A stretch of 64,000 nt of DNA. Source: Pocillopora damicornis. Its lineage: Eukaryota. The DNA lies in the NCBI RefSeq assembly GCF_003704095.1, contig NW_020846526.1, forward strand, positions 124,001-188,000. The letters run 5' to 3'. Shown one piece after another: positions 11,401 to 24,100 of the stretch. How positions within the stretch are numbered: the stretch's first letter is position 1; each line of letters starts with the position of its first letter. The notes beneath the pieces are model-generated. The model was not told the origin of the DNA. It searched no databases and saw only the letters and a list, made by a program, of their open reading frames with translations. Position numbers and translations under genes: made by a program.

Positions 11401-14400
11401 TCGGTGATTGACTAAGCAACCTCTGATCACTGGCAGTGGCCCCTTCGTTTGTTGTGAGCTGAATTGAGGAGAATCGGGAATTCGAACAGGACAGATCACT
11501 TGGTGACGCGAATTAACGGAGAAAGATAAAGTACTTACACTCGCTGTTGTCGTCGACATATTCTTGAACTATGATGCCGTATTTAGCGATGTTGCTTCGT
11601 GCCATGTCCTTCAAGTCAAAGCGAATTGTCATGGTCGTGTCCGTTGTTTCGATTAAAATGAGAGGGGACCGGAGTGGAAGGAATACCAGTACAGAGAGTC
11701 GAGCCTGCCGTTTGGCCTTCAGCGGAGGTTTGCCGTAATCTGACACTGACACTGTTATGTTAAACAGACGAAGATTCTGCGATTTTAAATTTTTTCTTTC
11801 GCTCGTCGAAACAGCTCCACTCCTATTGTGAGAAAAATAAACACTTGTTAACAAATAGAAACAAAATCGATATCGTAAACTGTCCTGGTAAAGCATGGAT
11901 CCCGCTAAGAACGTCAAGCTTGAGGAGAGCGTTTTTCGGTAACAGAAAATGACTCAGAGTGAGTTTAACTTTTCCCTCTTAGGTTTGTGTAAATAGTAGT
12001 CACCCACAACATTGCATCTCAGGTCTTCCCTTTCTCACCATGGTCCAATTTTTCAAACCGCTTTGTGTCGCTCGGCCATGGAACACTAACAGTTGTAGTG
12101 AAAGGATCGAAGCTATAACCGTCTTTTTAAACCCGATGGAAACATTGTCAAACCGTGTTTAAACTCTTCTAGACAGTGACACTCACTTTTGGTCTATGCG
12201 AAAATAGCTGTAACTGCCGCTGACTATAAAGTATTCCAGCTCAGCATTTTTCCCAGAGTCCTTATCGAATGCTGCGACCTGGGCGACCACAGTCTTAGGC
12301 TCTGGTGTCTCTGTTAGAAGTTTTTTGTAACGTTGTTCATAGAACACAGGTCTGTTGTCATTCTCGTCTTTCACCAAGATTCGAACGAGAACGGTGTCGA
12401 CAGGGTTTGCTGTTCTGGAGTCTAAAAAATCAGAGAAAGTTTGTTTCTGGAGTTGTTAAAGAGAAAATTAAGATTAATCTAAGGTTACTCAATAAAAAGG
12501 TGATTTTTTGAAATAAAGTAATACAATTCAAAGAAACTGCAGCCTTTGAGAGGTTTGGTTGCTCCCACCCAGGGACCAAGTCGATTAAAGCTGGCTGACT
12601 ACAACCTTTGACACACCGTATGGTGGCGATTATCGTGCGCAAAGTAAGAGGAGTAAGACAACAGGTAGTCACTCTATTGAAGGTTATACCTTGTATCTAA
12701 AAAAAAAGGGCGACGAGCCAAGTCAGGGCACATGAAATAGAGAAGAGAATGCAGCCTTGTGAACGTGCATCGACTTACCTGTAGCTCCGACGTAAAACGC
12801 ATACCTATTCCGATCTTCAAAGTCTAGAGGTTTCAGTAGTTTAATAACACCTGTTTGAGAAAAAACCTTGAAGTGGTCATCAATTTCTGGGTCGCGAATC
12901 TCGGACAGGAAGTAATTTACTTTACTTGCGGGATTACATCTGCCATTTTTAGCAGTCACACGCAGAATATTTGATCCTATGGGAATACTTTCGTTGACAT
13001 CTGCCAAGTAGATAGCTTTTGGAAATGCCAGTTTTTTCGTGCATGGAGGGTGAATGGAGCGACGAACTTTCAAGTAGATGAACGCTGGCCTGGAGATCAG
13101 AAAGGGTACTCCGTGATCCATGGCAAAGATAGTCAAGTTGTAGAAATCTGACACCTGGGTTGTTAGCCTCTGTTGTAGCTTTAAAACGCCATTATTATCG
13201 TCTAGTTCAAACGTGCCGTTAGAGTTTCCGTGGTCTATCCTGTAGTGTATTTGGCCATTTGTTCCAGAGTCGGCATCCGTCGCAGTTACTCGAAGTATTT
13301 CCGAATCCACCGTGGCGTTTTCGCTGATGACTTCTTGGTACGAGTCAAGAACAAAGCGAGGTGCGTTGTCATTGACATCCAATACACGAACGACGACGTC
13401 GGACTTGTCTGTAATATGAATAAGAGCTAAGCTATTAATTTTATCAAATGAGAAAAGTTGAGGAGGATCTCGGTGGGGGAGAGGGGGAGAGGGGAGTCAC
13501 ATGATTTATAGGGAAAACGCAGGGGGGGGGATCAGTCGTCGCCAACAGAGTATAAGAGGGGGGACTATAGAAAAATGACTGCCAATTAACTGCGAATGAA
13601 GAAGGGGATCATAAGAATATTACAGAGCCTTATGGGGGGGGGNNNNNNNNNNAGAATATTACAGAGCCTTATGGGGGGGATCATAAGAATATTACAGAGC
13701 ATTATGGGATATCAGGTAAATTTCATCGGACACAACCAAAAACCTCCGACCCACCCCCAGGCGATAAATTGTGACCGGTCGCTGAGAGATGAGAACTAGA
13801 TAACACATTTAAGGAATTAATTAAAAAGATGATAGGCGGTTCTTAAAAAGGAAAATTTAATTTCAACCAAAATTTACCAGATTCATAGCGGCCACTTTCG
13901 TCTCGTCTCTCCATGTCCTTTGCAAATATTGCCAATCTAACGAGAAAGAAAAGGAACCATATAAGGAATAAGGATAATTTGTAAGTCTCGTCAACTGCAC
14001 TACAACGTGTGTATTTATGACGTAATCACTGGTGGACCCTACTGAACAATTTTCTTTTGAGTTATAATCAAGTTTTGATGCAAGGTGTGCTCTGATTGGT
14101 CAAGGCACTCGGCTACACTCTTTTGTTGTAAAACATAAAGAAAATGGTAACGCACTCAGGAAGAAATGTAAGACACTGGAATATTTCCCTTGTTTCTTCC
14201 AACACTTCTTTCGTGTTCTAATCGTTTCCTGGGTGTTTACAAAAGATCAGTGCACAGTTGAGGCTTCTTTATTCGATAAATGATAGTCACCTGTATTCTT
14301 TGACTTTCTCGTAATCCATGGCTACCTGCGTTGTTATTAGCCCTGAGTGTTTACCGATCTTAAAATAACGATTACCATCTGCATTTCCAATAGAGTAAAC

Positions 14401-17400
14401 AACACGTTTGGACTTCCTGTCCAGTCTTTGCTCTTCGAGCTTCTCGCGTTTCACCCCCGAGACGGCGCGAACAGCAAGAATCGTAGCACCGATAGGCGTG
14501 TTTTCTGCTATAGTCACGTGATACCTCTCCAGATCAAACTTTACTTTGTGTTTCTTTATCTCCTCGATCGTGATATATACTTTTGCTACATCCACTGATC
14601 GTTTTGGAGGCGTCCCCTTGTCGCTCACAATGATTGTTAAGCTACCATTTAGACCTCCGCGAGTTAATAACGACTGTCGTGTCTTGACAACACCTTCCTT
14701 GTCGATACTGAAGTAAGAAACGTTCCCAGCAATGATTGTAAAGTTGAGCTCTCCATTTTTCCCGTAATCATAGTCTCTCGCTAAAACCTTTGTCACTGAG
14801 TTTCCTGCTTTCAAAGCTTCCGAAACTTTAACTTTATACTCTGGAATCTCAAAGAAAGGCCTGTGTTCGTTCACACCTAGAACATGCACTTTTACGGTTG
14901 TAATTGTCTTGTGCGCTCCGTTCCTCGCCGCCACGATAAGCGTGTAGCTGTTCGCGCGATCCACTCTGACTTTCTGGTTCAGTAAAATCGTTCCACTCTC
15001 TGGCAACATCCGAAATAAAGACTGGTGATTAAGCAAGTAGAAGCGCATGCGCGCATTCTCTCCAATGTCGGCGTCAGTTGCATTGATTCTGAAGACTTCA
15101 GATCCAGAGGAAAGGTTACTTAATATTGTCACTGAGTAATTAGTATGTGAAAATACAGGTGCATTGTCGTTTTTATCTGTTACATTGATCGAAAGCACTC
15201 TGGTGCTTGTTTTGTTTTCGTCGATGTTTACTGCTAAGATTGTTAAGTTGTACCAAGAGATTTTTTCCCGGTCTAGTCTCCTGATTGCCACTAAGGACGC
15301 GCTTTGACCGAGAGGATGGGGTCTGAGTTCGAACGCATTTCCAGTGTTCCCTAAAGGAAAAATGAACAGGTCAACGTCTATATGAATTAATTTCCTGACG
15401 TTTATATGAATTAATTTTGCCACCTGCATTTAAAACTGTTTTCATTGATACCATTTTTACGACTATTACCTATGAGAAAAAACCAACTGAGAGCTCACTG
15501 AAGACTGACAACACAATAAATCCTATCATGAGGTGAATTTACAGTTACAACAAAGACAGGCTCAACTCGGTAGCCGAACCTAACGAACCTGTTAAAATGG
15601 AATATTTTATGGAAGCATTCGGATTTTGACGGCTCTTAGCATGGCCGTGAATGTTCTGGATAATTTGACCCCTCTGATTGTTTTCTATGACCTCAATCAC
15701 CCTTGGTAATTCGTCGCTGAAAACCGGAGCAGCATCTGAAGAAGAAAATAATATAGAACTGTTAAATATTTCATGAGCCTTTCTTTCCAACTCAGTAAAA
15801 TTCGAAGGTTTATCCTCCATTAGGCCTTGTGCTTGATTTTGAGCTATGGAATCACTTTGCTATTTTATACCTGCATCTCTGGTCAACAAACACAGTTAAA
15901 TACTACTAATAAGTGATACCCCAGTAGAGGTAGACGAAAAATTCAGCTTTATGTGATTCTTATACATAGAGTATGTATTCTGCGTTATGCTTAATGCTTA
16001 ATACTAAGCTGTTGTAACAATAATAATGATAATAATAATAATTATGAGCGAAGAGAGTTGGTGGTATGTGACTGCAAATTCTCTCAGGTATTGTTAGTAT
16101 AGATTATTATTTTCAGTAATTCAATCTATGTTGGTATTATATTCAATTTCATTTTTACTGGGAAATGTAAGTGACATAAGGAACGTGGTTTAAAGTACAA
16201 AAAAAAAAACGGATGCGCCTTTCTCATCCTCCTAAAGGCGTTTAGATATTAAGTATAGACTCAAGCGTTTCTCAAATTATGACCACAATTTTATGTCCGA
16301 CAATTTAGATTAACGAAAGAAAGAGGATGTTTGCAGCCATTACAATCACGGGAAAAATTACTTTGTTCTTTCATTGGGTATCACCTTTTCATTGCATTCT
16401 TTTTAACCTTATGACATTAGTCTTAAAAAGTCTAAACATCAAAGAACATTTAACAATGGATGGCGAGACTAGTTTATTCTCCGTAATACATTTATCTCTC
16501 TGTCTCGACTATTTTGCATTAATTAGACAAGGAGTACTTGGATGACTTACCAAACCATGTGTATGGAGTGATGGAAATTGTGAAGATACTAGGAGTCGAA
16601 GGTTTTGTTGTTTTAATTCTACATGATGTTGGTGGTACGTAGCAACGGACCATGAAGCACGTCTTTTCGAGAAGAAAAGCCACGTGACCTGCCCGCCTGT
16701 TGCACGCTCTGCGCACGCAGCTTTCTACACTTTCCACTTCTTTCAATGAGGTGAACACTCCCGCTTCGATGTCCTTAGCAAACGACGCATTGTACGAAGT
16801 GTTTCCAGCGATGCAGATAACTGTGGAATGTGGGTCATCTAATGAAGGAAGATGGAAATACAGGTATTATATCCCAGTCTTACAGGAAGTGCCGGTGTTA
16901 TTTCTTAGTATTTTCCTTCACAAGCGTCACATTACAAGAAGTATTGCCTGCAATACAATTAACTGGGGAATGTAGGCGATCTAATTGTGAAACAAGGATG
17001 TACGGATGTTATTTCCCAGGGTTACTGGAATTACGGATGTTATTTCTCAGTGATGACACATTATACGAGGTGTTGCCTGTTACTCAGATAGCTGCGGGAT
17101 GAGGATCATCAAAAGAGAAGAGATCACGAAATATTTTATTCTCCAGAGTTGCGGAGAACACGGATGTCGTTTATCAGAGATACGCAAGTGCTTCTTACTT
17201 TTGAGACACAATCCTGCACAATGGATTGCCTGGCACAAACACTGAAGTCTGCACCAAAGGTAAGTTAAGTTTTGTTTTAATTTTAACATAGAGATTTGAA
17301 AGTCTAGTAACTATCCCATCATCCATTTTGACCTCTATTTATCAAGTGACACCCTTCATGTTCATAACACTTTCACTGCAATATTGGACCAACATTGGAA

Positions 17401-18123
17401 TACCCCGCACAATATCTGTCTGCCATCCAGCCATTAGATAATGAAAATAGACAAACTATGGGCTTGAAAGTGCTATTGTTATTCAACACCATATTCTCTC
17501 ATATGACATTAAAAGTAAATGTATATTAGCTAAAAAGGAGAATTATGAGGTAGATCGTGGGAGTTAAAAGTTAACCAATCAGAGCAACTGTCCATGAAAT
17601 CTTGGCACCACCTGCTGTGCTTCTCTGGTAAGTTTCCCATGAGGAACAGGGACTCCCCAAAATAAAGTAGCGATATTTTATGTCGTGTTTTTCATGCTTC
17701 TTGAAAAATATTTTAGAAAACCTAGTGCATGAAGATTATTTGGTTGATTGCAAGCATGATGAAAACAGTATATAAATCCAGCCATCGTTCAGTGTTCAAT
17801 GTCAAGCAAAATCGATGTCTGAAATTTTTGCCCGTTTACATCAGTTGAAAAGGCCAAACATTGCAGATGACTGTTGTGTATACCTATTTAATTTACCAGA
17901 AGGATATAAACTAGGTTTCTAGTTCGCTTACCATTTATCTCAAGCTCTTTGTTTGAAATAAAACACAAATCTTATAATCTAAGGTATAGTAGTGGATTCT
18001 CTGCGAGGTGCAAAAAACAACATACTTACCTATGACCAGACTATCTGATATTATGACCCCGAAGTTGATAAGTAAAAATGCAACTGCGGCAATTCGTGGA
18101 AGTTCTGCCGGTCTTCTTTCCAT
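8415..18123 (-). CDS. Atypical cadherin-superfamily type I membrane protein, ~1180 aa, 15 coding exons: 18123-18030, 16820-16551, 15735-15589, 15350-14291, 13936-13878, 13408-12779, 12421-12187, 11822-11539, 11226-11001, 10706-10618, 10158-10014, 9782-9747, 9399-9295, 8861-8827, 8542-8415
   Basis: All exons have GT-AG boundaries and phases chain without a stop (3543 nt total). Cadherin Ca-binding motifs are present (LDRE, DKNDNAPVF, DADIGEN, DVNDNAPRF, DADSGTNG, LDFE, DENDNRPVF, DKDSGKN), with an N-terminal signal peptide and one TM helix. Confidence 0.92.
10014..10158 (-). CDS. Cadherin exon 11: transmembrane helix
   Basis: AVVYSVGTALVLVIILAFL followed by basic RGFYRLKLDRKR; canonical splice sites. 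Confidence 0.9.
10618..11822 (-). CDS. Cadherin exons 8-10: end of repeat 7 plus FN3-like/receptor-PTP-type juxtamembrane module
   Basis: ...TTDTTMTIRF...IAKYGIIVQE...LTWYKV...EVEIGVDKNCE...DFCNGPLGPGKKYRFQLRAY...DSDFSNP. The NGPL-x-PG-x-x-Y-x-F-x-LRA motif is typical of the membrane-proximal region of R3/R2-type receptor PTPs. Confidence 0.8.
12779..13408 (-). CDS. Cadherin exon 6: cadherin repeats ~5-6
   Basis: DVNDNAPRF, DADSGTNG, DHGVP, LDFE. 630-nt phase 1-1 exon. Confidence 0.95.
13465..13782. repeat. G-rich intronic MITE remnant with ~31-bp tandem units (ggggatcataagaatattacagagccttatg)
   Basis: Three copies of the unit at ~13605-13708 around a 10-N gap; terminal cccccaggcgataaattgtgaccggtc. 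Confidence 0.65.
14291..15350 (-). CDS. Cadherin exon 4: extracellular cadherin repeats ~1-4
   Basis: ORF 14287-15429 with LDRE, DKNDNAPVF, DADIGENA, DYDYGKNG, MDYE. Acceptor cctttag, donor AG|GTGACT. Confidence 0.95.
16551..16820 (-). CDS. Cadherin exon 2: Cys-rich MANSC/PAN-apple-like domain
   Basis: 270-nt phase 1-1 exon, VICIAGNTSYNASFAKDIEAGVFTSLKEVESVESCVRRACNRRAGHVAFLLEKTCFMVRCYVPPTSCRI. The Cys spacing resembles MANSC/MANEC-type modules (recall, not searched). Confidence 0.7.
16821..17250 (-). repeat. Three degenerate ~130-150 bp tandem copies of the intron/exon-2 boundary
   Basis: cattccacag|ttatctgcatcgctggaaacac (real, 16820), cattccccag|ttaattgtattgcaggcaatac (16962), catcccgcag|ctatctgagtaacaggcaacac (17091) and ttcag|tgtttgtgccaggcaatcc (17241). 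Confidence 0.75.
18030..18123 (-). CDS. Cadherin coding exon 1: signal peptide MERRPAELPRIAAVAFLLINFGVIISDSLVI
   Basis: ATG, hydrophobic core and donor G|GTAAGT. An acceptor 13 nt upstream of the ATG (exon starts 18136) implies a further non-coding 5' exon. Confidence 0.8.
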
Positions 18124-21100
18124 TACTAATTGTTTTCTGAGGTAAATTGAAAATAAAAGTAGTCAGTGTTAGAGAATATTCGTTCTGTTTTAAAAACCAG
18201 CTGAAATGTTCCGCTGCTAAAAGATTGGCCGAGACATATTCGTGTCATACAGTTTGGCTCAAAAAGCCTTTTCACGCTCTTTCCCAAATTAAATTTTGTC
18301 GAGCACCTTACAGAATAACCCAATTATTTTTTATTCCAAAGAATAACAATTTTAAAATCTTAACCCTTTTTGTGAAATTATCATAACAAAACCCTGTAAT
18401 TCAGCAGGAAAGGATTATATTTTTTTTCGATAGTAATTTATATGTATTGCATGCGACTTTAAATATTTCTCTACAGTCACTACCCAGTTATGAAGTCATT
18501 CGAGAAATTGGTTCTTGAATGCGGTGAATGCAGTACTCTTGTAATTAGATTTTCATCATACACAAAGTTGCGTACAAAAAATTGAAATATTTTCTAGAAA
18601 ATATAAATTTGAACAACGTTACGTCTATATCTTTATGCAATTCCTGAGTTTATTTGCTAAAATTCAATTAAGCTATTCTGTTATTGAAAACAATCGGTAC
18701 TTTTCACTCAATCCGAAAGGATAACCAATCTTGTTTGGTGGTTCCGTGATATCAAATCTTTCCAAAAATTTATTCAGTTTGGCTGTGACGTTAATTTTTT
18801 GGAATTGCCATCCTATCTTTATCCGTTATCTTCTAAGTTATTGTAACGAGTCGGCAAAAAAATTCTGGTAATATGAGATGAAGAAAGATCTGTTCTTAGT
18901 CTTGAAAATATAAGACCTTCGATGCATACTTTTAAATTGTTTCCAAATGAGGCCATACTACTTTGCGCGCGGCAGTCTGACAGTAAACTGACAAACATGA
19001 AGCCATAGGCACGAACACAATTTTGTCTATGTACAAACATGGGACCGAAGAAGACCCACAACACCAACACTTGTGACTAAAATGTCACTTTAAATGCAGT
19101 TGGCGTTAGTGCATTTCATGTGATACCTAGTTTGTTATCTGAGATAAATCTTACGACCAATTCGTTTGTGTGAGGGCGATTATAGGAGAAAGATGTTTTC
19201 GGGTTTCTGATCATTGTGACAGTCCTTGCCTCCCTAAGCTCATTTGAGCCACAGCTTCTCTCAAGTCGTTAGAACTCAGCTCTACAGCAATGGTTGTATA
19301 AACTGAGATGAAGTGATATGGAAAGATAAAAATTATGCAAAAGATCACAGGCATCCCAGAATGAAAATCGATGCCTGCTGTATGACATTTTGTGTGACAG
19401 ATATGTCAGTTGTACTAACAATATTTTGACAGGCGTCCTCGCCAGCCATCTCCAGTGCGGAATATTAGAACGCCTCTTTAACTGGCGTAGTCTTCTGAGT
19501 TGCTCTGTCTCCATTGGAACCGTGATTATTCTCGGATATCAGCTGATTACTGGCGAGAAAGAGGTTTTATCTCAATTGAGCTGCCTTACGACTTCTGATT
19601 TGTCGATAGCTGTGAGTGTCGATGTGTCAATTGCAACTGATCGAGTCATTTTGTGAAAGCTACGCATATCAAAGTCAAAGTGGTTTTCAAGCTGATGGTG
19701 TATATTTGTCGGAGCAAATAGGAATCAAAACCACTTGAAAATAAGTTGCAGTTACAGCAATAATGATAGGTCTTCGCGCTGTCATCTTATTGTATAGAAG
19801 CAGGGTTTTTTTTTTTTATTTCGCCGGCCATTTTCAATACTACGCACTAGCTGGAGAAACTACCCGCGCATGTCGAAGTTATCAACACCTCATTAATGAA
19901 GCAGAAGTACCTGAAATAAACAAGTCCGATGCTTATCTTCTACTTTCGTTGCTGGCTTATTTCTCGAATTTTTTTTCCAAAAAATACTTGCCTTTTTTTC
20001 TTGTTTAATCGGGGCCGGATTTTTTCTCGCTGACGGTTCCTTAGCCGTTCTAAGGTAGATCTCTTGAATCTATCCTATTTCACTTGTGAAGCAGTGCACG
20101 ACTTGCTTGACCATAAAGCATTTCGTGATCGAGGTGTGCGTCAACGTAAGTGAAAATCTCAGAGAGCGCACGTAATATTTCTGCTGGTATACATTTACAT
20201 TTGTTTGGTACTCTTTAACTGACACACAAATGGTCTTACGATGACACCTTAATTTTCCAGTAGAATTTTTGAAGGAGCTTTTGCGTTAGGGAATCGTGAC
20301 TGATAGGATGAATGAACAGCTGTCAGATTTTTACGATATCGATTCACCAATCAGAGCTTGGCTGGCAAGTGCATGCGCATGGTGATCGCTCATCGTCCAG
20401 GAAACCGAAGCTATTTTATATTCTATAACAGATTACTGATGTTACGTAACTTCATTAATTTACAAAATATCAATTTCTCTTTTAAATTAATCAATCAATC
20501 CGCTAAGGAGGGCTTTTATGTTCTCAATTGAAGTAGTGTATGAGTGTTTTTGATACGGCAAGGTTAGTTTCCAAGGCGGAGAAAATATCGTAAATAAATA
20601 ATCTTAGTAATAACAAAAGTGAACACTGGAAGAACTCGAACGTCCTTGGATGTGCGGGTGAGCATTGAAAATGTATGAAAGTGTTACAGGGTGGTTAGAC
20701 AGTTCGTGGGAAATAATCACTTATTTATATTACTCATGTCGACCGCTACTTAGACATTATCTTAAACTTGTTTCGTAAAAGAAATTAACTAAAGTTGGTG
20801 AGTAAAATTTGCGGCAATATTTGTCAAATATATAATATATGAAGTTCAGAGACTATGTAAAAACTTCTACCGGCCCAAAACACAACAAAATGCAACAGTT
20901 CCGAAACGAAATTTGAAAGTCTGTTGGCTTAGTTTCATCACTGTAATAGTGTTATGACATGAGAATAATGCTGGCCATGTTCGTTAATTTCTATAACGTT
21001 TAGTTTTTTTAAACAATTTTTAGCATTAAATTTGTTTCGACGATAATCAGTAGATTAAAGATATTAAGAAAAGCAAAATTGGACAAACATTTCTTTGTTC

Positions 21101-24100
21101 GTGTTGTTAATCCACAGCGCCATTTTGGGTTCGATTTAATATTACTTGAGTTCTGAGTTTTGTTTTCGGTTCGATGGAAAAATACCTGTTGTGGTATGGT
21201 ATTGTTGGGTTAACAGTTCTTGTGCGGTCAGTTGAGTTTTCCAGTGGGTGATTCAGTTGCCACGAGCTCATTTCAATTATCTATACATCTTTCCTTCTAA
21301 TTTTTATAACTGAACCGAAAGACTTGCGTTCGAAAGATATACAAGCGGAAAAAAAATTATGAAATCTTTGTAGCAATTTTTCACCCAAAAAAATGTGTCT
21401 TCTGATTTAAACATGCACCGGAAACTATAATTTCTTTAGTCACTCAGTTCTAACTCATCAAATATTACATTTCAGGTGAGGAAAATATACACTTTTTATC
21501 CGTTTTTAAAATAATTCTACCAAAAACCCATAGAACAATCTAACCAGACAACACACGTTCCTGCCCAGTAAGACTTACGCCACGGTGGTCAACCAGAGTT
21601 TCCCCAAAAAATCAAGACTAATTCCTAAGAACACGGATTTCACCGACTTGAAACGAAATCTTGGAATATCTGCTGGTAAATTACAGAGGGTTTCGTTTTG
21701 ATGTTTTGTTCCCTTTGCATTTTCTTCGTTTTGCGAAAGCTTTGGCTGTCGGTGTGAGATGCTTGATAGCGTATCGGAATTGTGCTCTGATTTGAGTTAG
21801 CCCCTGATGTGAGGGAAGATGTAATGTAGACAAAAGGAAGAGCTTCTATCTGTTTTCCCCATCAAATAAGGTGTTCTAAGTGAACAGAGAGTAACACTGA
21901 AAAAGCCATAAGTCGCATAGCTGTGAGACATTTAAATGAGATTTTTTTTTCAGTTCTTATGGACGGTTTCAACAGCAAAGTAAGCAATTTAAAATGTCTA
22001 AGATGAAGCTTACCTATGTTTCAGCCCTTGCTCAGGTTCTTGTCATCGTGTCTTAGTAACAAAAAATCTAGACATGCTTACATGCACAGAGCTAACCACA
22101 ATAGGATGACCCATAATGAGTGTTAATATGCTACAGTATTGTGGTCATTCGACACTTTTCTAGTGTACCGTCGCTCTCTTGACTAATCACGTATTTATAG
22201 CCACTCCGCGAGGTGCCACAAGCCGAACAACATTGGCTGCCATCCATGTGCAGCTCCCGCTGGGGAATACAGGTAGCTACAAGCCTCAGATCTTCGAACA
22301 CCGGCAAGAAACTGGGAAAAGTATCTAAATTTCAGGATGGGATCTTAGCCTTCCATCCACAGGATTACTGAATGATTTCTTCACTTTGTTTCTGTATTGA
22401 ATGAATAATTCAGCACTGAAGCTTATTCCAACCATTCTGTTGTTTTGTTGAGTATTCGTACTTCAGCAGTAACTATGTGCCGGGCTTACATTTCGCTTTC
22501 GACATCTTAATCACCTTCAATTTTTAATATAAAAATGTCCAAATTGAAAAACACTGCTTTAGCTGACAAAAAACCCGCCAAGGCTGCTTTAAGCGTTTAA
22601 GAAACGGATCTTACAATTTATTTATTCAGCAATTTTCATGAAAGTTCCTAAAAGTTCGACAAAATCGATCAAATAGAGATTATATTCGATTATGTTATCC
22701 TCTTGTAATAACAAGGAAGGATATTTTCCCTCAAAGATAATTGTTACAATTAAAGTCAGCATCTTCGATCTTTCAAACAAACTGTTGTTATACAGGTGCT
22801 CAGTGCTATTCTTGGTGAACATCAATGAACGTCTTGAAAACGTCGGCAATAATTTTACCGTCTGCTAACATTTAAAATATACTAACCTATTTTTCACTTA
22901 TTTTACTCTCTGTCTGCAAACTTTAATCGAAAACTGAAAGATTTTTCAGCATGGAAAAATTTCATTTTCGTGTGTTTTGAAATGTGTTAAGGCAAGAAAT
23001 TTAAATTTCATATTTTGTTTGAGGATGATACGACATGTTTGTTGTGTTCAAAGGTTTTTCCAACCCGTTGGAATTCACATAAATCAGTTACGGTTGACTT
23101 CCTATTTCCATAAAGCCAATATACAGCAGGTGACTCCAATCTCTGCAATTATAACGTTTAGTGAATAATACGAACTAAATACGGACTAAATTTAGCCTGT
23201 GCGGTGGAAGATGCCTTAGACACATTTATCTATTAAACGACAGTTAGTTAATGTGAGGCAAAAAACTTACGTTTAATATTAGCAAGCTGCAGTTTCTTTA
23301 AACCTTTTGAACAGCAGATTCCGCAAAAGTTGCTAATCAGGCTTTCCGTAGGATCTTGATATGCATTGTTTCAGTCCTCAGCGCGGCGGTCGTTTCTTTG
23401 TGGGCTAAAATGTCTAAACAAATCTTCAGCTCCTTCTTTGTAGGAATAGATTCTTTGCAGTTTTCTACTACCCTTCAGGTCCATACATTATGTTATGACG
23501 ATACATCCCGTGATAACTTATCATGCCGCGCAGTACGTATGTTCCTCGCAGTAGTAATATTACAAATTTGGATTGATTCCAGCTCGTGTGGGCATAATCA
23601 AGCAATAAATTTAACATTAACAATTCGCAGTGGTCCATTGTAAAGTTGCTGGGTTTATAGAGACTCTTTCTGCAACACCCACACAAACCAAACGCCCTGA
23701 AATACTTATGACTGTAAATTTTCTTAAATGACTTCCAAGCAATTATGTCAAGAATCTTGCATAATCCGAACATTTAAGAATTCATATCTATGTAGTGTGG
23801 TATACTTCTGCCTGTGGCTTTCATTATTTTTGTAAACATTCCTAATTTACCACTCAGAGAACCTAGTTTGTAACAACTAAGTTTATGAAGACGCTGGAGT
23901 GTGCATTGGGGTTAACCTAACATTTTTGTAAAACTTGCACAGCTGAAAGACTAGGGGAGAAGAAAAAACACTTATGTGTGACGATTTCTATCAGTGATAT
24001 ATTTAATGACTCCTCTTAATTCAATGGGAAATCTCACGCTAGAACCATACATATTAAAAGATGTATTCTTATTAAAATTTAAGTAGCAGTCAGTCTTGCG

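Noticed and set aside
11347-11559. 70-aa ORF, and the 5' part of ORF 10997-11350, as cadherin exons
   Set aside because: Phase-compatible splicing goes directly from 11539 to 11226; the acceptor at 11458 gives a stop in the required phase.
15871-15878. Possible 6-8 nt microexon (cag-ag-atgcag|gtataa) between cadherin exons 2 and 3
   Set aside because: The first AG gives an 8-nt frameshifting exon and the 6-nt version needs a weak GAG acceptor. Unsupported without reads.
23356-23773. Overlapping 95-101 aa ORFs
   Set aside because: No recognisable motif and no convincing splice context; expected by chance.
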